Shown here: positions 56,294 through 64,000 of the stretch, in pieces | How positions within the stretch are numbered: the first letter of the stretch is position 1 | How the letters are laid out: each line of letters starts with the position of its first letter | Origin: a virus | Direction: 5' to 3' (one strand) | DNA: 64,000 nt | IMG/VR virus record: IMGVR_UViG_3300026457_000013 | Coordinates: 1-64,000 of that record | Translations under genes and position numbers: made by a program | Notes under the pieces: generated by a model | Database searches by the model: none | Told to the model about the DNA's origin: nothing | The model's input: only the letters and a program-made list of their open reading frames with translations

Positions 56294-56638
56294 ATGGAAG
56301 TCGTAGAAAATCACAGCCTGGTACAAACAATTAGCGTAGCAGCTATGGCTATAATTGCACTATCAGTAGGAGTGCAAAAATTATTAAAAGACTGGCGTAG
56401 TACTGATGCAGAAACAAGTGTAATCAAGATGATGCATGAAGAGTTGGAGCGCATGGGCCAGCATAATAGTAAGCTTACTGAAGAATTAACTAAGCTACAA
56501 TTAGATATAGTTGAATTAAACAGTCAACTAACTAAACTTAGCATTGAAAATAATAAGTTGCAGGAAGAAATTGCTGCGCTTACTACGGAGTTAAATAGTT
56601 TTAAGAAACTGGCAGCTCTTAGAAAGGTAAAGGTCTAG
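56294..56638 (+). CDS. membrane-anchored coiled-coil protein (holin-like?)
   Basis: N-terminal TM helix, long heptad repeat. Confidence 0.6.
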   Translation: MEVVENHSLVQTISVAAMAIIALSVGVQKLLKDWRSTDAETSVIKMMHEELERMGQHNSKLTEELTKLQLDIVELNSQLTKLSIENNKLQEEIAALTTELNSFKKLAALRKVKV

Positions 56639-56639
56639 T

Positions 56640-57239
56640 ATGGTTCCTGCAAAAGTTAATTATAAAATTTATCAGGGTACTACCTTTAAACAAGTATATC
56701 GCTGGGAAACCGATACCAAGTATTATGCTAATGTACAGTCTATAAGTAAGAGCGGACCTTGTATAATTACTACTAGTGCCGCACACAGTATACCACCTGG
56801 ATGGCGTATTAGAATTACCAATGTTGGTGGTATGAAAGAAATTAATAGTACTGGTGATGATGATTATCATTTTGTTAATAATGTTACAGCCAGCACATTA
56901 ACTGTTAATAGTATTAATAGTAGTGGCTATACTAATTATACTACTGGCGGAACAGTAGAGTATTATGCTCCTTATCCGCTGCAATACTATAGTGCTGTAT
57001 TACAAATTAGAGCAAATGTTAATAGTGATACAGTTATACTAGCACTAAATAGTGGAGCTGGTGGAGGCATTGTACTAGATACAAATAATAGTACAATAAC
57101 AGTTACATTAACTGCTCAACAAACAGCGCAATTTAACTTTACTACTGCCGTTTACGGCATGGAATTAACAGATACTAGTGGCAATGTAACTCCGTTTATT
57201 GCTGGCAATATAACTGTGGTAAAGGATGTAATACGATGA
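56640..57239 (+). CDS. virion-associated adaptor-like protein
   Basis: IYQGTTF, inserted beta domain (NVGGMKEIN), AVYGMEL. Confidence 0.6.
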   Translation: MVPAKVNYKIYQGTTFKQVYRWETDTKYYANVQSISKSGPCIITTSAAHSIPPGWRIRITNVGGMKEINSTGDDDYHFVNNVTASTLTVNSINSSGYTNYTTGGTVEYYAPYPLQYYSAVLQIRANVNSDTVILALNSGAGGGIVLDTNNSTITVTLTAQQTAQFNFTTAVYGMELTDTSGNVTPFIAGNITVVKDVIR

Positions 57240-59785
57240 GTATTGTACAAACTAATACCAGCACTATTGTAATTGATAATACACAAACCAGAGTTATTGC
57301 CGGCGGCATGATGGGCCCAACTGGGCCAGCCAGTACCGTAGTCGGTCCCACAGGGCCAACAGGTGCTCAAGGTATTGCAGGTCAGGGTATTAGTGTTAAA
57401 GGTACTGCAGCTACAGTAGCTGGTCTACCTAGCAGTAATAATCAAGATGCTGACGCCTATATAGTAACACAAAATAATCACCTATATGTTTGGCAGGCTA
57501 GTACTAGTACTTGGATTGATGCTGGTGCTATTGTAGGACCACAAGGTGCTACAGGTGCTATAGGCCCAACAGGTGCCACAGGCGTTATGGGTCCCACAGG
57601 TGCAGCTAGTAACATAGTAGGACCTACAGGTGCTACAGGACCCACAGGACCAACAGGAGCAGCTAGCACTATAGCAGGTCCTACAGGACCTACAGGTGCT
57701 CAAGGTAACACAGGACCTACAGGTGCTCAAGGTGCAGCTAGTACTATAGCAGGACCTACAGGTCCACAAGGTCAAGGTGTACAATTAAAAGGCAGTGTTG
57801 CTACTGTTGTGCAATTACCTGCTAGTAATAATACAGTAGGTGACAGTTATGTTGTTACTCAAGATGGTCACCTATATGTATGGACAGGTAGTACCTGGGC
57901 AGACAGCGGTCAAATACAAGGTGCCACAGGCCCTACAGGTGCACAAGGTCAACAAGGTGCTACAGGTCCTACAGGTCCTACAGGGCCAGTAGGTATACAA
58001 GGGGTACAAGGCCCAGCTAGCACAGTGCCTGGCCCTACAGGTAGCACAGGACCTACAGGTGCACAGGGTATACAAGGGGTACAAGGCCCTGCCAGCACTG
58101 TGGCAGGCCCAACAGGACCTACAGGTGCACAAGGTATACAAGGTGTTCAAGGCCCAGCTAGTACAGTAGCAGGACCAACAGGGCCTACAGGCAGCACTGG
58201 ACCTACAGGAGCTCAAGGTGCAGCTAGTACAGTAGCAGGACCTACAGGACCTACAGGTGCTCAAGGTAACACAGGTCCACAAGGTGCAGCTAGTACAGTA
58301 GCCGGACCAACAGGGCCTACAGGCCAACAAGGTCAACAAGGTCCAGCAGGCCCAACAGGTAGTGCTAGCACTGTAGCAGGTCCTACAGGTCCCACAGGTG
58401 CAGCAGGTGCTCAAGGTATAGCAGGCACAGCAGGTGCAGCAGGTCCCACAGGCCCTACAGGAGCCAGCGGCGCTAGTGGCAGTCAAGGTGTGCAAGGGCC
58501 TACTGGTGCACTTGGACCACAAGGTCCTACAGGACCCACAGGTGCCAAAGGCAATGATGGTACCAGTGTACAAATTATTGGTAGTGTGGCTAGTGCAAGT
58601 AATATACCAGGATACCCTAATACGCATACAGGTGCTATAGGCGATGCTTACTTAGTAACCGCTGACAGTCATCTTTGGGTATGGACAGGTACTACGTGGC
58701 AAGATGTAGGAGTAATTAGTGGACCAACAGGTAGTACAGGTCCTACAGGTGCCACAGGTGCAGCTAGTACAGTAGCAGGTCCTACAGGTCCTACAGGTAA
58801 TACTGGTCCACAAGGTATTAATATTACACTGCGTGGCGAAGTTGCACAAGTAGCTAACCTACCAGCCAGTAATAACACAGTTAATGATGCCTACATTGTT
58901 ACTAGCACTGGACACTTATGGGTGTGGAATGGCAGTAACTGGTTTGATGCTGGCACAATTGTTGGACCACAAGGTCCTACAGGACCAGCTAGTACTGCAC
59001 TAGGTCCTACAGGTGCTCAAGGTCTGCAAGGTCCAGCAGGACCTACAGGTCCCACAGGTGCTATAGGTCCACAAGGTGTTGTTGGTCCTACAGGTCCTAC
59101 AGGTCCACAAGGTGCGGCTAGCACAGTAGCTGGTCCTACAGGTGCTCAAGGTGCACTTGGTCCCACAGGACCCACAGGTGCACAAGGTGCAGCTAGCACA
59201 GTAGCAGGTCCTACAGGTCCTACAGGTAGTATAGGTAATACAGGCAACACTGGTCCAACAGGACCAACAGGCCAACAAGGTACAGTAGCATTTACTTTTA
59301 GCGATACTGCACCAGTTAGTCCACAACTAGGTGATAGATGGATTGAAAGCAGTACTGGTATTGAGTATACTTATATAAATGATGGTAACTCACTACAGTG
59401 GGTAGAAACTAGAAACGGTTCACTAATTGGACCACAAGGTCCTACTGGCCCTAGTCAAAATCTTACACCCTATACTAGCGCAAATACTGGTGCGTTCAAT
59501 CTTAGTAACAGCAATTATCAAATTTGGGCAGTTACTGGCGGTAATTACACTGTAAGTTTTACTAATTGGTTGGCTAGTGGTCAACTAACAGAATTGTTAA
59601 TAGAAGCTCAAAATGTACAATCTAGTGGTGCAGTGATTACTTGGCCTACAATAAACTGGATTAAGAGTGATGGCTCACTAACTACAACTTTTAGTCAATC
59701 TGGCATAGTTTTAACTAACTTAGACTTTATATTAATTTGGTCCAGAGATGGCGGAACCACTATTTATGGAAAGGTTATTAGATAA
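57236..59785 (+). CDS. collagen-like fibre protein
   Basis: long GPT/GAQ runs interrupted by four repeats of G.VA...LP...N..GDAY.V...HL.VW.G..W.D.G. Confidence 0.85.
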   Translation: MSIVQTNTSTIVIDNTQTRVIAGGMMGPTGPASTVVGPTGPTGAQGIAGQGISVKGTAATVAGLPSSNNQDADAYIVTQNNHLYVWQASTSTWIDAGAIVGPQGATGAIGPTGATGVMGPTGAASNIVGPTGATGPTGPTGAASTIAGPTGPTGAQGNTGPTGAQGAASTIAGPTGPQGQGVQLKGSVATVVQLPASNNTVGDSYVVTQDGHLYVWTGSTWADSGQIQGATGPTGAQGQQGATGPTGPTGPVGIQGVQGPASTVPGPTGSTGPTGAQGIQGVQGPASTVAGPTGPTGAQGIQGVQGPASTVAGPTGPTGSTGPTGAQGAASTVAGPTGPTGAQGNTGPQGAASTVAGPTGPTGQQGQQGPAGPTGSASTVAGPTGPTGAAGAQGIAGTAGAAGPTGPTGASGASGSQGVQGPTGALGPQGPTGPTGAKGNDGTSVQIIGSVASASNIPGYPNTHTGAIGDAYLVTADSHLWVWTGTTWQDVGVISGPTGSTGPTGATGAASTVAGPTGPTGNTGPQGINITLRGEVAQVANLPASNNTVNDAYIVTSTGHLWVWNGSNWFDAGTIVGPQGPTGPASTALGPTGAQGLQGPAGPTGPTGAIGPQGVVGPTGPTGPQGAASTVAGPTGAQGALGPTGPTGAQGAASTVAGPTGPTGSIGNTGNTGPTGPTGQQGTVAFTFSDTAPVSPQLGDRWIESSTGIEYTYINDGNSLQWVETRNGSLIGPQGPTGPSQNLTPYTSANTGAFNLSNSNYQIWAVTGGNYTVSFTNWLASGQLTELLIEAQNVQSSGAVITWPTINWIKSDGSLTTTFSQSGIVLTNLDFILIWSRDGGTTIYGKVIR

Positions 59786-59830
59786 TGAATAATACGCTTT
59801 CTATAAGAGTTATTAAGCATTGGAAAAATT

Positions 59831-61591
59831 ATGCCAGATATTAATTTTCCATCAAATCCTAGTGTTAATGATACCTATAGCTTTAATGGACGTACTTGGA
59901 AATGGAACGGCAAAGGCTGGGAATCATTAAACACAGGTCAAGGAGTTCAAGGACCAACTGGGCCAACTGGTCCGGCTAGTACAGTAGCAGGCCCTACAGG
60001 TGCACAAGGTATAGCAGGTCCTACAGGTCCTCAAGGTGCAGCTAGTACAGTAGCTGGTCCCACAGGGCCACAAGGTAGTGCAGGAGCAGCAGGACCTACA
60101 GGTCCTCAAGGTGCAGCTAGTACTGTAGCAGGTCCAACAGGACCACAAGGTAGTGCAGGTCCTACAGGTGCTAGTGGAGCAGCAGGACCCACAGGACCAC
60201 AAGGTACAGCAGGCAGTGCAGGACCCACAGGACCACAAGGTACAGCAGGCAGTGCAGGACCCACAGGACCACAAGGTACAGCAGGTACAGCAGGTCCTAC
60301 AGGTGCACAAGGTACAGCAGGCCCTACAGGTGCAGCAGGTCCAACAGGTGCCATAGGACCAACCGGTGCACAAGGTGCAGGCAGCGCAGTTAGTGTTAGT
60401 GATGAAGGCACACTGTTAACTAGCAACGTAACTAGCTTTAATTTTGTTGGCAGCGGAGTAACCGCAACTAATACTAGTGGAGCAGTTACAGTTACAGTTA
60501 GTGGTGGCGGTGGTAGTGGAGCTACTTATGCTATTAGTGCTGAAACAGCCACAGGCGGTGCTAACTTACGATTAACTGGCAGCGATGCTAGCACAGACGA
60601 CGTTAAATTACAGGCTGGCGATAATGTAACCATTACTAGAAACGACGCAAATACTATTACTATTGCTAGTACTGGTGGTGGGGGTGGTAGCAGTGGACCA
60701 GTCTTAGAAACTAGCCAAACTATTACTACACCATATATAATTACTAATGGTAAAAACGCGCTAAGTGTTGGACCAGTAACTATTGGTGCAGGTGCTAGTA
60801 TTACTATACTACCAGGTCAACGTTGGTTAGTAGCTGGCGATACTGGCATGTCTAGCAGTGTTACTGGTGTAGGAGGTGCTAGCGGCACTGTGCAAAGTGT
60901 AAATATATCTGGTGGAACCACAGGTCTTACAGCGACTGGCGGACCTATAACCACTACAGGAACTATTACGCTTGCTGGTACTTTAATTCCTGCAAATGGT
61001 GGTACAGGACAAACAACTTTTACTAATGGTCAATTATTAATTGGTAACTCTACCGGCAATACACTTACTAAAGCAACCCTAACCGCTGGTTCAGGCATAG
61101 ATATTACTAATGGTAATGGTTCTATTACAATTGCTTTATCGGCTGGTGGTGGGGTAGCATATTCAACTTATACGTATACCGGAGACGGTAGTACAACCAC
61201 ATTTGCCGCCGTTAGCGGAATTACTGTAAATAATATTCTAGTATTAGAAAACGGTGTTACACAAGTACCAACTACTGATTATACTGTTTCAGGTAGTAAT
61301 GTAGTATTTACCACTGCTCCTGCAACCGGTGTGAACATTCAGATTCGTGTAATGGGTGGAGGCGGTGGCGGTAGTGTACAGCAAATATCAACTGGTGCTG
61401 GATTAACTGGCGGACCAATTACTACTACAGGAACTGTTAGCCTTGCCACCAGCGGCGTTACCGCAGGCAGTTATACAAATGCTAATATTACAGTAGATAC
61501 TTATGGTAGAATTACTTTAGCAGCTAACGGTAGCGGTGGTGGAATAACAACAGGAAAGGCTATTGCCATGGCAATGGTATTTGGAGGATAA
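59831..61591 (+). CDS. collagen-like fibre protein
   Basis: INFPSNP..NDTY....TWKW N-terminus, G-X-Y run, [28 protein letters not shown]. Confidence 0.85.
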   Translation: MPDINFPSNPSVNDTYSFNGRTWKWNGKGWESLNTGQGVQGPTGPTGPASTVAGPTGAQGIAGPTGPQGAASTVAGPTGPQGSAGAAGPTGPQGAASTVAGPTGPQGSAGPTGASGAAGPTGPQGTAGSAGPTGPQGTAGSAGPTGPQGTAGTAGPTGAQGTAGPTGAAGPTGAIGPTGAQGAGSAVSVSDEGTLLTSNVTSFNFVGSGVTATNTSGAVTVTVSGGGGSGATYAISAETATGGANLRLTGSDASTDDVKLQAGDNVTITRNDANTITIASTGGGGGSSGPVLETSQTITTPYIITNGKNALSVGPVTIGAGASITILPGQRWLVAGDTGMSSSVTGVGGASGTVQSVNISGGTTGLTATGGPITTTGTITLAGTLIPANGGTGQTTFTNGQLLIGNSTGNTLTKATLTAGSGIDITNGNGSITIALSAGGGVAYSTYTYTGDGSTTTFAAVSGITVNNILVLENGVTQVPTTDYTVSGSNVVFTTAPATGVNIQIRVMGGGGGGSVQQISTGAGLTGGPITTTGTVSLATSGVTAGSYTNANITVDTYGRITLAANGSGGGITTGKAIAMAMVFGG

Positions 61592-61592
61592 T

Positions 61593-61964
61593 ATGGCAGC
61601 ACCAAATATAGTCAATGTTACAACCATTATTGGTAAAACCGTTGGTAAGGCCCTTACTGCAAGTTTATTAGATATAGTAACTAATAGTGCAGCCAGTAAT
61701 AAAGTATTTAAGATAAATAGTATTATTGTGTCTAACGTACACGGAACTAATAACGCCGAAGTTAATGTAGTATTTTATGATAGCAGTGAAGGTGCTGGAA
61801 CAAATTTTTATCTAGCTAAAACAATAATTGTACCTGCCGATTCCAGCCTTGTAGTTATTAGCAAAGATGCTAATATTTATCTAGAAGAAGGTGATATAGT
61901 TCGTGCACAAACTACAGCTACTAGCCTACTAGAAATAGTAGTAAGTTATGAGGAGATTAGCTAA
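61593..61964 (+). CDS. conserved fibre-associated protein
   Basis: [38 protein letters not shown]. Confidence 0.8.
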   Translation: MAAPNIVNVTTIIGKTVGKALTASLLDIVTNSAASNKVFKINSIIVSNVHGTNNAEVNVVFYDSSEGAGTNFYLAKTIIVPADSSLVVISKDANIYLEEGDIVRAQTTATSLLEIVVSYEEIS

Positions 61965-63985
61965 TGCGCGGTAATGGCGGCATTATTGGAGCTGCTAATC
62001 AACCAACCGTTAGCTCTGCTAAAGGCATTTGGTCTTTAATGGAGCAACTAGTAGCTAAGCAAAGCGGCACTTGGCCAGTATTTGGCTACACCGTCATCCA
62101 AACCTTTACAGCTACCAGTACGTGGACTTGCCCTGCTGGGGTGACAGAGGTTGAGTATTTGGTTGTCGCTGGTGGGGGTGGGGGTGGAACGGGGATAGGC
62201 GGTGGCGGCGGTGCGGGTGGATTTAGGACGGGAACAGGTTTATCTGTCACTGCGGGAACTGATTACACTATTACTGTTGGTGGAGGCGGCGCTAGATCAA
62301 CAGGCTCGCCTGGAACTATTGGCAATAATGGTACGGATAGTTCTATTGCTGGATCGCCGATTACGGAAAACCCCTCTGGAGCCGGTACAAATACTTTCAA
62401 GGCTTATGGCGGTGGCGGTGGCGGTGGTTTTCTTGTTCCGGGAAGTCCTGCTCCTTACGGAACCGTAACGGGTGCTAATGGTGGTTCTGGGGGTGGAAGT
62501 TCGCATACAGGAAATTCATCTTCTGGAAATGGAAATACACCATCAACATCTCCTTCGCAAGGGTCAAACGGCGGTGTTGGTTCTGGCCCTGGCACTTCCT
62601 ATGCAGCAGGAGGTGGCGGGGGTGGTGCTAGTGGCGCAGGAAGTGCAGCGGCAGCGGCCACGAGTTCGGCTGGCGGGAATGGTGGCGCAGGAACAGCATC
62701 AACTATTTCTGGAAGTAGTGTTACTTATGCTGGTGGCGGCGGTGGAGGAACGAATACGGTTTCTCCAAAAACTGGCGGCACTGGCGGCACTGGCGGAGGT
62801 GGAAATGGTTCAGCTACTGCTAGTGTTGCTGGAGGCGACGGCACAGCAAACACAGGTGGTGGGGGTGGTGGTGGTTATGGTGATACTCCTGCTAACAAAA
62901 CAAACGGCGGCACAGGCGGCTCCGGTATCGTCATCCTAAAGTACACCGTACCTAGCCAAACCGTCTTTGTATTCAAAGGCACGACTACGTGGAAATGCCC
63001 GACAGGTGTAACCAGCGTTGACTATCTTGTGGTTGCGGGTGGCGGTGGTGGTAATGGATATTATGCCGGAGGAGGGGGCGCTGGTGGCCTTCGTACTGGA
63101 ACAGGATTAAGTGTTACAGCAGGAACCGACTACACAATCACTGTCGGCGGTGGCGGGGGTTATAACACAAACGGTTCCAATTCAGCCTTTGGCCCTATTA
63201 CTTCACTCGGAGGTGGTTTTGGGGCTCGTGGCGGTGGAAATTTTGGTGGTAACGCAGCCAGTTCTGGGGGTTCTGGTGGTGGTGGTGGGTCAACAAGTGC
63301 ATTTACAGCAGCTGGAACAGGGAACCCATCTGCATCCGGTACGGCATCGTCTATTTCTGGAACTACGCTTACTGTTGGTGGGACAGTAACAAATACATTT
63401 TTAGTTGGAATGATTCTTAGCGGAACTGGTGTAACTGCTGGAACCACAATAACAGCTCTAGGAACAGGAACAGGCGGAGCGGGAACATATACTGTTAGCG
63501 CAAGCCAAACTGTTTCAAGCACAACAATTACAGGCGCTTTAAGCGGAACAGGTATTAGCGCAAGACAGGGCTATGATGGAGGATCTTCTGCTGGCCCTAG
63601 CGGTAATTATGGTTCGGGCGGCGGCGGCGGATCTGGTGGGGCCGGAGCAAATGGTGGGACGGTTGGTGGTAATGGTGGGGCGGCAACGGCATCTAGTATA
63701 ACCGGCTCTTCCATATATTATGCTGGCGGTGGTGGTGGAGCTGTTGCTAATGGTTCTGGGTATTCAATGGGTTTAGGTGGAGGAACATCAACTACTTCAC
63801 AAAAAGGTGGCGGCGGGGATGGAAGTATTAGTGGAGTTAGTTCCGGATTTACATTAACCGCCGCTACGCCAGGAACTACAAATACCGGAGGCGGGGCTGG
63901 TGGCGGCAGTGGGCAGCTAAACCCAAATAATGATGTAGCAACAAACGGCGGCTCCGGTATCGTCATCATAAAAATAAATCAATAA
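61964..63985 (+). CDS. glycine-rich repeat fibre/adhesin
   Basis: two units of [17 protein letters not shown]...GGSGIVI. Confidence 0.8.
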   Translation: MRGNGGIIGAANQPTVSSAKGIWSLMEQLVAKQSGTWPVFGYTVIQTFTATSTWTCPAGVTEVEYLVVAGGGGGGTGIGGGGGAGGFRTGTGLSVTAGTDYTITVGGGGARSTGSPGTIGNNGTDSSIAGSPITENPSGAGTNTFKAYGGGGGGGFLVPGSPAPYGTVTGANGGSGGGSSHTGNSSSGNGNTPSTSPSQGSNGGVGSGPGTSYAAGGGGGGASGAGSAAAAATSSAGGNGGAGTASTISGSSVTYAGGGGGGTNTVSPKTGGTGGTGGGGNGSATASVAGGDGTANTGGGGGGGYGDTPANKTNGGTGGSGIVILKYTVPSQTVFVFKGTTTWKCPTGVTSVDYLVVAGGGGGNGYYAGGGGAGGLRTGTGLSVTAGTDYTITVGGGGGYNTNGSNSAFGPITSLGGGFGARGGGNFGGNAASSGGSGGGGGSTSAFTAAGTGNPSASGTASSISGTTLTVGGTVTNTFLVGMILSGTGVTAGTTITALGTGTGGAGTYTVSASQTVSSTTITGALSGTGISARQGYDGGSSAGPSGNYGSGGGGGSGGAGANGGTVGGNGGAATASSITGSSIYYAGGGGGAVANGSGYSMGLGGGTSTTSQKGGGGDGSISGVSSGFTLTAATPGTTNTGGGAGGGSGQLNPNNDVATNGGSGIVIIKINQ

Positions 63986-64000
63986 GAGGGTCTATGACAA

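Noticed and set aside
52457-63985. Diversity-generating retroelement acting on fibres
   Set aside because: No reverse transcriptase or adenine-specific TR/VR pair in the window
1-64000. Stop-codon reassignment suggested by frequent TAG
   Set aside because: Conserved genes are full length in code 11 and several end properly at TAG; no suppressor tRNA

Overview
This 64-kb window is part of a lytic tailed dsDNA phage genome with T5-like (Demerecviridae-like) organisation. The host is probably an aquatic betaproteobacterium, inferred from a permuted two-piece tmRNA and pstS. From left to right: (1) 1-9.4 kb, minus-strand accessory genes (tmRNA, 3 tRNAs, YkuK-like RNase H, a collagen/coiled-coil operon, UvsE, dNTP diphosphohydrolase, Hsp20, outer-membrane barrel); (2) 9.5-25.2 kb, plus-strand early genes behind strong sigma70 promoters (SleB-type hydrolase, ThyX, 8 tRNAs, PstS, phosphoesterase, many small ORFs) and two large gene-free structured RNA blocks, one containing a hammerhead ribozyme; (3) 25.2-30.3 kb, a probable pre-early/terminal-repeat region with six copies of a fixed-geometry promoter module, two chromosomal-type parS sites, A2-like DNA-binding paralogues, an exonuclease, a HAD phosphatase, a SemiSWEET-like transporter and SprT; (4) 30.4-64 kb, packaging, head and tail genes (TerS, TerL, GIY-YIG insertion, HNH, portal, fused protease-capsid, tail, frameshifted chaperone, tape measure, lambda-type tail tip, collagen and Gly-rich fibres). 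A 10-mer GACCCTAAAC recurs at least 10 times. All calls come from reading motifs by eye; no database searches or folding programs were run.
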